Source: Macrostomum lignano
Taxonomy: Eukaryota
Assembly: GCA_002269645.1 (NCBI GenBank)
Contig: NIVC01000026.1
Span: forward strand, 31,395 to 95,394
DNA length: 64,000 nt
Direction of reading: 5' to 3'
Both the position numbers and the translations under genes were made by a program. Each line of letters opens with the position of its first letter. The stretch's first letter is position 1. The notes beneath the pieces are model-generated. The model saw nothing but the letters and a program-made list of their open reading frames with translations, did no database searches and was not told where the DNA came from. This document shows, one piece after another, positions 1-13,039 of this stretch.

Positions 1-760
1 CGCCCCCCGTTGGGGAGCCAAAGAAATGCTATACACGTTTTTTAATAAGCTACATGTATCCTTGAAATCTTAAAAAATCTCCTGTCAAACCTTGTAAGCC
101 TTGACATGTCAGTAATTCCCCCCCCCCAGCTTTAACATATCAACTTCCCCCTTGACATCTCAGCAATGCCCCCAATAAGCCTTGGAAATCTAAAAATATC
201 TGTCAACCTTCTAACCCTAACCCTAACCCTAACCCTAACCCTAACCTAACCCTAAAGCATTGAAATTTCAGTAATTCTCTCTAAGAGTCATAATAGCACT
301 ACTACAGCATTATAGCGATAAGCTTCTTTTATTTTTTACATAACGCTTTTTTATCAGCGATCCCTCGCCTGAGGAGGCATCAAATAATGTAATAAAAAGT
401 TTTCAATAAACTACATGTAGCTTCTGACTTTAGCCTTGAAATCTCATTTATACCCCGTGAGCCTTGACATCTCAGCTATTCCCCCCCCGTAAGCCTTGAC
501 ATGTCAGCGATGGCCCCCATAAACCTTGAAATCTAAAAAATCCACTGTTAACCTTGAAACCCGATAAAATATAACCCTCAACCCACACCTGACCTAAACC
601 TAACTTTAACCCAACCTAAAGCCTTGAAATCTCAGCAATTCTTCTCCCCTAAGCCTTGACATTTTAGTGATTCCTTCTTTAAGAATCACAGCACTATAAC
701 GATTTCCACCAAGCTTTGACATCGTAGCAATTCCCAAATGAATCTTTTAACTTCGACATG
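1..760. repeat. Degenerate tandem repeat (AAGCCTTGACATCTCAGCAATTCCCC-like)
   Basis: Recurring variants of ccttga(c/a)at(c/g)tcagc/taatt at irregular spacing. Confidence 0.55.
210..255 (-). repeat. Short interstitial telomeric-type repeat (CCCTAA)n
   Basis: About 7 CCCTAA units; a degenerate second tract at ~576-620. Confidence 0.8.
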
Positions 761-1009
761 ACTTTTCTTTTATGTATACATAGTGCTACTTTTATTTTTT
801 ACATGACTCTTCTTCTATCAGCACCCCCCCATGGCGAGCCAACAAAGAATGCAATAAAAATTGAGTAAAGTACATGAACTTTGAAGTAGCTTCTGACTTT
901 TGCTTTGAGATCCCAGAAACAACCCCCCCCCTCGTAATCTCAGTTATTCTCTGAGAGCCTTTACGTCTCAGTTTTTCTTCCCAGCACAGCATTATAGCTG
1001 CATTTTATT

Positions 1010-2645
1010 TTTACATGACACCCTTCATGTCTGACATGACGCTTCTTTTGATTTTTACATTACACTTCTTTTATTCTTCCATGATGCTTCTTAATTTTTT
1101 AAATGACGCTTTCATTAGTTTTTAAATGAGGCTTCTATGATTTTTTCATGACGCTTCTATGATTGTTTACATGACGCTTCTATGCTTTTTACATGACGCT
1201 TCTATGCTTTTTACATGACGCTTCTATGATTATTTCATGACGCTTCTATGATTGTTTACATGACGCTTCTATGATTATTTACATGATGCTTCTACGATTT
1301 CTGCAGGACGCTTCTATGATTTTTACATGATGCTTCTATGATTTTTTCATGACGCTTCTATGATTTTTTCATGACGCTTCCATGATTTTTTACATGACAC
1401 TTCTATGATTTTTACATGACGCTTCCATGATTTTTTCATGACGCTTCTGTGATTGTTTATATGACGCTTTTATGCTTTTTATATGACGCTTCTATGATTT
1501 TTACATGACGCTTCTAGGTTTTTTATATGACGATTCTATGATTTTTACATGACGCTTCCATGATTTTTTACATGACGCTTCTATGCTTTTTACATGACGC
1601 TTCTATGATTATTTCAAGACGCTTCTACGATTTCTGCAGGACGCTTCTATGATTTTTACATGACGCTTCCATGATTTTTTCATGACGCTTCTGTGATTGT
1701 TTATATGACGCTTCTATGCTTTTTATATGACGATTCTATGATTTTTACATGACGCTTCTATGATTTTTACATGACGTTTCTATGATTTTTTCATGACGCT
1801 CCAATGTTTTTTTCATGACGCTTCTATGATTTTTTCATGACGCTTCTATGATTTTTACATGACGCTACTATGATTTTTACATGACGCTTCCATGATTTTT
1901 TACATGACGCTTCTATGATTTTTACATGACGCTTCTATGATTATTTCATGACGCTTCTACGATATCTGCAGGACGCTTCTATGATTTTTTACATGACGCT
2001 TCTATGATTTTTACATGACGCTTCCATGATTTTTTACATGACGCTTCTATGCTTTTTATATGACGATTCTATGATTTTTACATGACGTTTCTATGATTTT
2101 TTCATGACGCTCCAATGTTTTTTTCATGACGCTTCTATGATTTTTTTCATGACGCTTCTATGATTTTTACATGACGCTACTATGATTTTTACATGACGCT
2201 TCCATGATTTTTTACATGACGCTTCTATGCTTTTTACATGACGCTTCTATGATTATTTCATGACGTTTCTACGATATCTGCAGGACGCTTCTATGATTTT
2301 TTACATGACGCTTCTATGATTTTTTACATGACGCTTCTATGATTGTTTACATGACGCTTCTATGATTGTTTACATGACGCTTCTATGATTTTTTACATGA
2401 CGCTTCTATGATTGTTTACATGACGCTTCTATGATTTTTTACATGACGCTTCTATGATTGTTTACATGACGCTTCTATGATTTTTTACATGACGCTTCTA
2501 TGATTTTTTACATGACGCTTCTATGATTGTTTACATGACGCTTCTATGATTTTTTACATGACGCTTCTATGATATTTTCATGACGCTTCTATGATTTTTT
2601 ACATGACGCTTCTATGATTTTTTACATGACGCTTCTATGATTTTT
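1010..2645. repeat. Minisatellite, 21-22 bp unit (CATGACGCTTCTATGATTTTTA)
   Basis: Continuous tandem array visible in the sequence. Confidence 0.95.
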
Positions 2646-3250
2646 TAGTTTTCTTCTTGGTGTTAAAAAGCTTTAATTAAAAAAATTCCACTCTCTAAAA
2701 ATTCGAACCATCGTCCCTGCATTTAGCAGTCAGTCTGTTTACCTCTAGGCTAGCTCTCATCGTTTTGATAATATGAATTTTAGCAATTATAATTATAAGT
2801 TTCAAAACTCCAAGCATAGAGTAAATCACACGAGGCAGTTATGACATAATCAATTTCTCAGTCAGTCAGTATCAGTTAACAATATGGTTACGCAATTTAA
2901 ATCAAGTCTGGTGCTACGCTTCCACACTGCATTTTCAATTCAAGTCAGAGTTACAATTCAGTTATGATGCAATCTATTTCAGAATCAGAATTCAACCAGT
3001 CAGTTTTTTCTCTAGCATTCTTACAATGCATTTCAAGTCGAAAAGATTGCTTGACCTTTGCAAAAAAGCATGTTTTTCGAACATTTAATCCCTTTAACAT
3101 GGAGCAACTTCTTAGCCAAGATGCATGTACCGTCACGGGAAAATTTCTGATCGAACAGTGCAAGTCTCATGAAAATCGGTTAAGCCATTTTTTCTCTAAT
3201 CGATTACAAGCAAGCAAGCAAGCAAGATTTTCATTTTTAGTATATAGGAT
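1010..3250 (+). mobile_element. Non-autonomous Helitron/Helentron(DINE)-like element with internal minisatellite, copy 1
   Basis: 2650-3250 is homologous to 59505-60090. Contains GAAAATCGGTT, a (CAAG)n tract and ends TTTTAGTATATAGGA. Family assignment is inference. Confidence 0.5.
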
Positions 3251-5483
3251 TAATAGTGCCTTTAATTTAAGAGAATTTGGTTAACTTGAACTCAGGATAA
3301 TCAAGTTTTTAATCTCCATGGATAGACCACGGTCAACAAGAAGAAAAAGGAAGGTTAGGCAATATTTAGAGGGAGAGTACTGATTACTAACTGACTGAAT
3401 TTCAAATACTAATCTCCTAAAATAAAGACAGGGAAGGTTAAGAATGACAATCTTTACTGTAAACCAAGGCTAATTCAGTCAAATGTGGGCAATTAGACAA
3501 TCCAAGCAATAAGTTTATCTTAACTATAAAAGACAAGCTACAAAAAAGCAATTAGAAAACTGTGACAATACAAAACCTATGAAATTCTGATGTCTGATTT
3601 CAAGGCTCTAAAATCTTTCAAAGTTAAAATTAGATGCAAAACCATTATATCAATTGCTACATTCCCATAACTAAAATACAAATATATTGCTTCATTATAA
3701 ATGATGAACAAATGTCATACATAGACAAATGTCAATTGTTGCTAGCATCCAAAATTTTAGGATTGAGATCCTATCCTACCTCTAGTCATGTCTTAGCTTA
3801 TAGTAAAGATAAAAATAGAAATATTAAGGATTAGATCCCAGGGTTTAGACAAAATTGAGTGGTCAAAATTGCATTGAACTTTTACTTTGATATAATAGAC
3901 TTAATTCTACACCTTTATTTGGAGTCACTATAGTAGCCTAAGTTCATTGCATCTACTCACTCATGCAACTAAACTATAAGTCATATAGCAAATCCCTTGC
4001 ATATGCAGACATACCAGTATCTTAGATGGATATGTCATTAAGAATTTAAAGTCATTTTAATTATACAAGGCTAAGAGAAATGTGGTAAAGCACAAACATT
4101 TTGCTGATTCAAAAATAGCTTAATAAGAATGACTTGAAATTTGATACACAACTATTCATCAATACACCAATTTACCTGCCTAAATGGCATTGAACTAAGT
4201 ACTAATTCTTGTATCATTTCAGTTTAGGAAAAATTGTAAACTTGTTCTACAATGAAGATATGCAATGGTGCTAACTCTGAAAGCTTGCTACTTTGGTTTA
4301 ATAGCCAAAGCAGAAAATTGAGGCTGAATGAATGAAGAATGAATGAAATAGTGATGAATCAATAAGCAGAACTTTTCTGATAGCCCTTATAGCAACAGTA
4401 CAATTTGTATCTAAATCATAACTTGGCTTATACATTGCAATATATATATATGAACTTTAAAGTGATTTGACTCATGTCACTTCACTTATACAAAAGCAAA
4501 TTAGAGTTTTATTTTTCTTTCATTAAAATTAATAAACAAAGTCTATAGCCTAAGTTTTTTATCACTAGCACTAAGACACAAAATTGCATTGGATGTCTAA
4601 TTTCAAAATGTAATTTGGAAAGTCAAGATATTATATAATATTAATGTTGTATTGAAAACTTAGCCTAGGCTTTTTGCTAGTACTAGGAGACAAAATTTCA
4701 ATTAAATTCTTATTTGAAGATGCAATATTAAAAGTCAAGCTATTATACTATCCCTATCATATAAAAAATAAACCTAGTATACAATTATGATTGCTAATTT
4801 TAAACAGGCTTGATATAATAGTCAAGTGAAGGCTATTATATTACTGCAACAATATATTATCAATATGGCATATTAGAAATTTGTGGTATACTAAACAGCC
4901 AAAAGGATTTTTAAGTATTTTATATATAACTATTAAATTATCATAATGTTTATTATACTATTGAAATTGACTTTTAGTTAAAAAGATACATTAACTTAAG
5001 TAGCATATCTTTAAGGAATTCATCAGTATCAAGATATTAGACAAAAAGGGTTCTCTATAGACATATCAATGTAGAATTTTTTAATATTAAAAATGTTATA
5101 TAATAATGATAGTCTTAAACTTGGAGTTGAAGATAAATCTAAATATACTAAATAAGATTGTAAACCCAATTAATCTTTATATTCATGAATGATTTTTTTT
5201 TCTGAAAAAAATTTAATATAATACTAGAGTTTTTAAGAGCCTTTTCAAAAAAAAAGGTATTCACATGTCTAACTTGTAAAGCTATATGCCAAAAAATAAC
5301 ATTGTTATGTGCATATGCCATATTTTTAATTTGTTATCCAATTCTAAAAAGTAAAAACCTAGGACCTGAATCTCTAAATAATAATTTATAGTTATGATAC
5401 TTTGTCATAAGGGATTTTAATTTTTAACAGGATTGTTAGTTGGATCTTATATTTTTGATAAAATACTATAATCTAAGCCACAA

Positions 5484-5843
5484 GGGGGCTGTAGCCCAGC
5501 AGTCTAGTGCAGGCTTTGGTGTGCCAGCAACCCAGGCTCAATTCCAAGTGTAGTCATTAATTTGGGGCTGAACTAGAATCTTGGCTTGGCTCTGCTTGTG
5601 CAATTAATGGCCTTGAGAGCCAACCCCCTAAGGCACAGTGAAGTGTACATGCCTAAAAATAAAATAAAGTAGGGCTGCTATACACTCCTGTGTGAGTGTG
5701 TGCTTGCATACGTATCTGTGTGCTTGTATGCCTGCTCAGGGGAGTCTGTGCTACAGAATGGGCAGTAATGCCTCTCACCAGTTATGTGCTATGTCGTTTA
5801 AAGTGTGCCAGGGTGCACACAACCTCCATGCCTCTAATAAAAA
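5484..5843 (+). mobile_element. tRNA-derived SINE, CpG-decayed
   Basis: 14-bp target-site duplication AATCTAAGCCACAA (5470-5483 / 5844-5857), decayed A/B-box head (GGGGCTGTAGCCCAGCAGTCTAG...GGCTCAATTCC), AATAAAAAAA tail. Confidence 0.85.
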
Positions 5844-6192
5844 AATCTAAGCCACAATTAGGATAATGTTTGCTAAAAATTCTAGCATGTAAAGCCTTTT
5901 TAGACTAATACCTTGGCATATATATTTTCAAAGATATCTTTGCAATGCATATGGTAAAATGTATAATACAGTGGCAGTATAATATAGTAAGTAGGCATAT
6001 AGCTAGGATTCACATCAAGGAGGAGGGGCAAAGATATCAATCCATCACTGATATTATTCATAAAAGCAAAATAAAAAGGTAAGGCATGTCCTTAGTATCC
6101 CCCCTGGAAATGCTTTTAATAGTGAATATAAAATAATAAAATATTTGAATATAATAATTTCATTATTTTTAATATATAACTGCAATATATAG

Positions 6193-6750
6193 TTATTAGA
6201 GATTGCAATCCTAGGATCCCGGAATCCTGAAATCCTGGGATTAGGCCCAAATCCTAGGATTTCCAGTCCCGGGATTTAGGGTCTTGAATCCTAGGACTAA
6301 TTTTTGTTATTATTTTTACAAAAAGTGCTGTAATAAGAACATAATTGGGCCCAAAACTAGTTTATTATACTGCATTATTTTCTGTTAATTGCCTAATGTT
6401 GCATGGCACCTTTGACCTTTATAAACCCCACATCATAGAATTAAATTTAAAATTTATTCCAATATAAGTTTTCATATATGATTTGCTTCTTTATTACTAA
6501 TTAGAACTTTTATACTATTTACTTAAATACTGTTCCAAGATAATGCTGTTTTTGATCTACAAATAGATCATTAACTCTTTTTAAACAATCAAAAATGGAT
6601 GAAAAAACATTTAGCGTACATTTTGCCTAAAATTTCAACCTAGAAGCTTAAAAATCAGTATTTTTTTTATCCCAGGATAGGCCAAATTCCGGGATTAAAT
6701 CTTAGGAGCCCAGGATTGCAAGAAACTGGGATTTTGCAATCCCTAGTACT
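6193..6750. mobile_element. MITE-like element with (TAG)GGATTGCAA termini and CCCGGGAT-derived subterminal repeats
   Basis: Imperfect inverted ends TATTAGAGATTGCAATCC / GGATTTTGCAATCCCTAGTA; repeated TCC(C/T)(G/A)GGAT motifs at both ends. Confidence 0.55.
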
Positions 6751-8937
6751 TATGTAACAATATAGGACTATAGGACCCTTTCTTATATTACAAAATTTGG
6801 TATTTTATATTACCAATAGCTAGGCCTATACCATATACTAGTTCTATGGCACAATTTTCTAGCATATTGTTCAGAGACCAGATACTTTACATAAACCAAT
6901 TTTTCACATAAATTGTATGCCAGATTTTTTTTTGTATTTATATAAAGATTTGGGAGTAAGGAACCACTAGAAGTTATCATCCTGTCAATATATTTGTAAA
7001 TTATGTTTTTTATTTTCTTTAATTTAACCACCTTATTTTTTTGCATTGCAACTTTGTTACTTCATTTAGATAGCATTTGTTTAATATGTTGACTATAAAA
7101 ATAACTTTCACTATTTATAGTCATTATAACAATAATGACTGCTAATTGATATAGAAAAGGAGCCTCCTCTTTTTTAACTACTAATACTATTTTTGCTACT
7201 ATTATACTATTGTAATAATGCCATTATTGCTATAGTAAGCTAGAAACAATCCTAATTGTAGCCAATTGCCATTATTATAGATAGCATAGAGAACTTATAG
7301 AAGATATATTCTCTGCTATTATAAAGTATTATCATCTTTTAGTATTAGTGCATATTCATGCGAAAAATATTTTGGAAATAAAATTATACTTAAATAGGCT
7401 AAGCCATTAGAACCAAAACTTCATTAGCCTAAGCCAAAGTTAAGCAAAGGCTAATTAATTAGTAACTATCACTTCATTTGGTTAATAATATAAAATTTTG
7501 CTATGTGAAAAAAAGCCAAGCCTATTCACAGTTTAAAAAAATAAAATGGTTAATGATATATTCATTATATTATTAAAATATTATACTTAAGTAGGCCTAG
7601 AAAAAATGAACTAAACCAAACTAGGCCCTAGGCTTTTTCTATTTCTATTTTAGAATTCCAGACTATGGGTAATAGAAATTACATTTTGATAAGTCTAGTC
7701 CTCCAGAACTTGAAAATGAAATTGTAAATGCTAAATGACCAATTTAGCATTAAATAGGCCTATTTCCCAAAAATGCAAAACTTTCATAGTACTTATTGTA
7801 AAATTTTAAAAGGTCAAAAAGGTAAAAAAGAAATGATCCTAGATTATATAGTTTTTACTTTCAAGTTAAATCACATTTTGAGCATTATAAACAAATAGAA
7901 TAAAGTAATTATTGCATAGAAACTACTAATGTTGAAACAAAATAATAAAAATATTTGTTTAACAATTTGCAAGTTTTTTAACACTATCACAAATAACTAG
8001 CAATACATTAGGATACTAAATTTGTGATTTCACTGATTTGTAGAAAACTTTTAGAAGGCTAATTTCTTCACTTCAATATTTGTACAAAACAACACAAGTG
8101 ACATAGGCCTACTCTAATCTAAGTGTGTTTGGACTTTTAATTCTTTTAGACTAATTATAATTTTCTATTTCAATTTAATAATTGCAAAGCAAATGCACTA
8201 ATCAAGTTATTTAAAGTCTTATGCAATGGTCTATCAATCAAATTCTAGCCATTTGTTGTCCTGGTATCTCTTTTCTCAATTGTTAACTGGTATTTTCAAG
8301 GCTGTTAAAAAATTATAATTTATTCTAATATTCTAATTTCTAAATGAGTATGAGTCAGGCCCTAGCAATACAAAACAAAAGTATACTTATAGTTATACTA
8401 CTGTAAAAGTATAGCTACTTTAAAACTACAAGCGTACAAGGCAATTCTAGTAGCCTATGGCAACAAGAATAAGCCATACAAACTAAAAGTTGCCTGAATT
8501 ATTCTACTTATTGTGACATTTTTATTTGAGGATTAACTGCATGGTTAACTCTAGACTAGCACATGCTTTTTGTTTTTTTATTTTATCTGCTTACAGTGAG
8601 ACTGTGAGAGGCCAGTGGCCAGGTGCCTAAGCATATGCCTAGCACCTCAGCAGCAGCACCTGGCCAGTGGCCAACCCTGTGGCTGTGGCCATATATTATG
8701 ATATGATTAGTGACTAGAATAAAACTAAAGTGACAAACAAATGTCAAAGTCCTTGTTTGACTTTGACATTACAAACAAATGTCAAATGCATTACCATTAC
8801 AACATAAAAACTTAAAGCAAACAGTATAACAATAAACACTATATAAAGTTCTAAACTAAACATACTAATTGTAAATACTGCTTAAGCCTTCCTAGAGCTT
8901 TACTACCTAACTACCTTTAATTACAATTTGATGTCGA

Positions 8938-9158
8938 TGTATCCTGGGTTTTTTTGTGCGAATGGGTGCGAATAGCATCCTGGTCTTAAAAATCGCACCC
9001 TGAAATTTGACTCAGGGTGCGAAAAACGCACCCAAATTTTTGCAAGTTTTTGTCTGCAGCAGTGCAGCGCATCCTGGTCTTGAAAATCGCACCCTGAAAT
9101 CTAGCACAGGGTGCGAAATCGCACCCAAGTTATGGACGAAAAAAAAACCCAGGATGTA
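8938..9158. mobile_element. MITE (~220 bp)
   Basis: Perfect TIR ATCCTGGGTTTTTTT (8941-8955) / AAAAAAACCCAGGAT (9141-9155); internal CGCACCCTGA..AGGGTGCG hairpins. Confidence 0.8.
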
Positions 9159-10145
9159 TCACTGTATGAGTAAAAATTATGAGGGTATTGCTAAAATTCA
9201 TATTAGCGATCTAAGTTAAGTTGTAAAATAATTTTGAATAGTGTTTAAATAATATAATAAACAGTAAACAGCGTTTTTTATATAGACATTTTTTAAATAC
9301 GTAAGACCTTTTATCAAAGCTTTTTTACGTGATAATATTATTCTTTATAAAAATTTGTTAAAACCGTTTATAAATTTATTTGACCAAACAATAAGATCAT
9401 AGTTACAGTCGATAATAAACTTCATTTTTCTGTTCGATTGCGATTGCAGCTTTGATCAAGCGGCCTTTATATTGCAGCCTTAGTTTTTTTCACCTGTTAT
9501 CCGAAATTTTATGTTTATGCACATTTTGTCTGCATATTTACGTTATAATATAACGGGGAAAAATTATAAACCTAGAGCCTAGAGGCGGGTGAAGCGATCT
9601 CTTCGTGAGAATATACATTTACCATTTTTTTATAATTTAGTAGGGCCTATATCTAGGGCTAAGCATATTTTATTCTATTCAATAGAATCTACTTAGGCGG
9701 TGAGCCTTAGTGTACATTGATTGACATAGTATATACCAATGTAGGACCTTAAGAATTCGGATATGCACTGCTGCGTGCATTCTGTAGGTTTTTCTTGCTT
9801 CTACTATGTAGTCTATTATATCAATGTAGCTTGCGTTGTAACTCGTAAGGCTAGGTCTAAGCCTGTCTATTAGAGTCCAACCAATCAATCAAGAATTAGA
9901 TAGTATCTTACTATAAGTATATGCCTTTGTCGTCTTATAATATTCTTAATTTATTTCACTCATTAGGCCCTACTCAGCTGCCAGTCTGTTGCTAGAGCCG
10001 CAGTTGGTTCTTGGCCACACTCTGGATCATATAGTATATCTGGGTTTTTTTTTTCGCCAGAGATAAGGTGCGAAATCGCACCTTGTGCCAAATTTCAAGG
10101 TGCGATTTTAAGGCTCAGAGTGCAATTTCTCTTGAGTCTTGTTTA

Positions 10146-12450
10146 GAATGTGAGGGTTTCACGAGAGATATTCAGACAGACATTCGAAACGATCGTCTGT
10201 AACTTTAAACAAAATTGACCCGCTTCAACCATCTTTTTGGCAAATACTTACGCAAGTGTTGGGCGTCGAATAAGCTTTAATTTATTAACTGAAGTAAAAA
10301 TCCTTCTGACATACATTGATTTAAAAATTGCTTAGCAACACTAGCTCTGATTAGAAATCGCTTTAGTGTTGACGAAAATTGTTTTGATCGTAGCAGCCTA
10401 AAAGCAGATACTGGATTTAAAAATGCTTCGATTTACTCTATACGCATGTCTCAGCTTTAAAATGACACCTCAGGCGTCGCAAAAGACAGCTTTGATGCTG
10501 AGATATTCGACACTAAACATGCATTGCTTTGCGCAATCTCACATTCAGAAATTTCACTGATTTTTTGTCGATATTTGTGCAGTTGCCGTGTCCTTGTTTT
10601 TCATCAGAAACTTGTCAAATTCTAGTCATGTCCAGTTTAAACCTGGACTTCTCTTAAACTGTCTTAAGTATTTGATTTTTAATGATTCCTGCCTTTATAT
10701 TGCATAGATTGTACCTGAGTCAGTGAGTCTGTGAGTGTACATTTGTACATATGGCAACCAATCATGACTTTTTCACCGCTTTGCAGTTCAAATAAATATA
10801 CGAGTGTACAAGAAACATGTTCCAACTGTTATTGAGAGAAATTGACGTCGCGTTTATTAACAGTCAGTGGCAATTAATATGAAGCAAATAGTTTATTGTT
10901 ATGTTTTTACTTTTTTTGCGTGGCAATTCTGCTATCCAAATCAGAATGAGGTAAGCGGTGGGAATAAAATAAAAAGGAAGAATTTTTTCTACTGTTGTTG
11001 CAACCCAATAGCTATATGTACTTCAAACTTTTTAGATTGAACTGGCGATTTCTAATGTACTGCTAAGCTTTCCAATCCCTACGGACTACAGTAGCAGTTC
11101 TTAACTTTTTTTCTGTCTTGACTTCTAGACTCGGAATTCGGAACAACCTAAGGAGCCGCATGAAAATATTTAATTGGATAAAGATATTTTCTAAAAACAG
11201 CTCAAGTCGTGACACATCTTCTTCTCATCTCAGTCCATCAACTGCTGCTCCTTCTGAGACCAAAGCGATCGTGAAAGTAAAACAGATCAGTTTAGATCCC
11301 ATGGCCATGAATACAACCATTTCAATTGTGAACCTGCTTCGCTTACAAGTACGAGCACTAGCCTTCCATTTGATGCCATTAGCTCACTTAACTCTGAAAT
11401 AGTTCAAGGACGGTTCCAAATGTTGAGATCTGACGTAGAAGCAGTCCAATTTGTGGAAATTTATCAACTGGACTCCATGAATCACTCCAATGAAAGGCGG
11501 CGAATAGCTGCAGAATGCGTAAACAAGTTTAAGTGAGTCACAAAAACCCCATTTACTGTAACTACATACACTTGTACGTTAGCAAGGCTCCATGCGATGG
11601 TTAATAAATGGAGAAGTAGACAAGCATCTGAACAAATATTGAATAAAAATCAGTGAAGTTTCCGAATGTGAGTTTGAGCAAAGCAACGTTTAGTGTCGAA
11701 TATCTCAGCATCAAAGCTGTCTTTTGCAATGCCTGAGGTGTCATTTTAAAGCTGAGACATGCGTATAGAGTAAATCGAAGCATTTTTAAATCCAGTATCT
11801 GCTTTTAGGCTGCTACGATCAAAACAATTTTAGTCAACAGTAAAGCGATTTCTAATCAGAGCTAGTGTTGCTAAGCAATTTTTAAATCAATGTATGTCAG
11901 AAGGATTTTTACTTCAGTTAATAAATTAAAGCTTATTCGACGCCCAACACTTGCGTAAGTATTTGCCAAAAAGATGGTTGAAGCGGGTGAATTTTGTTTG
12001 AAGTTACAGACAATCATTTTGAATGTCTGTCTGAATGGGTCTCCCTAAAACACACCCCGCACCGCCCTGCAGCGCTACACATTAAAACAAATTGGACTAT
12101 AACTAAAGACACTTCAGAATGCGTTTTCTGTTAAGCTTCAAGTTTTTATTAAATTTAGTTTTTTTACTTTGAAATATAAAATTCGGTGAACAATAAGTGA
12201 TATTAATAATAATATTAATAAAATAATAATATTATAATTAAATAATGAAAACGAGAATATAAAAAATAATAATATTTAAAAAAATAAATAAAGATATTTA
12301 TTCCATTACTATTTTAACTTTTCCTTGCAATCAAATACTGCATTGACAAAAAATGTTATAATGTGTAGCAGTTCGGGGCCCGGTGCGGGGCGTGTTTTAG
12401 GGAGCCTTTGTCTGAATATCTCTCGTGAAACCCTCACATTGCTCACATTT
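10146..12450. mobile_element. Long-TIR (~400 bp) foldback/Mutator-like element
   Basis: 10167-10565 is the near-perfect reverse complement of 11645-12036; the TIR resumes at 12410-12450 after an insertion. Confidence 0.85.
12037..12409. mobile_element. hAT-type MITE inserted in the right TIR of the foldback element
   Basis: 8-bp duplication GTCTGAAT (12029-12036 / 12410-12417); inverted ends CTCCCTAAAACAC / GTGTTTTAGGGAG. Confidence 0.8.
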
Positions 12451-13039
12451 CAGACAACTGGGAATGTATATTTTAATATCTTACATAAGGCTATAGCTAT
12501 AGGCTATATCGCCTATATGACTTAATAGGATTTAAAGAGTTATTTTGTTTCATATTTTAAGGCAGTGCATAAAAAATAGCTTAAGCATGGTTAAGCCTTT
12601 AAAGAAAAATGGTTATAAGACCGCACCTAAACCGCACCTACTTTTTTAATTTCAGGGTGCGATTTTAAAATTTAGGGTGCATACGCACACTCTGCGCACA
12701 AAAAAAAAACCCTGTAGTATATGCCCTAAAATTTGGGTTTTCATTGGCTTTGCATGTCAAAAGTTAGTTGTGCATAGTTGGCATGTATGACTTCTAAGTT
12801 TAAGAAAATAATAGGCCCTACTAATAGGCCTGTTAATGTATAAGCTTATCTAGTGTATACTTTTATAGAATCATATAGAAGAGTTGGTGTTGAGAAAACA
12901 AAGTATTGAAAAATTAATATTTATATATAAATTTCAAGTTGTCTAGTTTTTATGCTCAATCACTTTAAATAAATGATAGTTTAATAATAGTTTAACGATT
13001 TAATTCATTTTAATTTAAATCTTTATTGTAATTAGTGTT

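Larger units (their letters stand above)
10033..12720. mobile_element. Split copy of the 8.9-kb MITE family bracketing nested insertions
   Basis: Left half (CTGGGTTTTTTT, GGTGCGAAATCGCACC) at 10033-10135; right half (CAGGGTGCGATTTT, AAAAAAAAAACCC) at 12620-12716. Confidence 0.5.
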
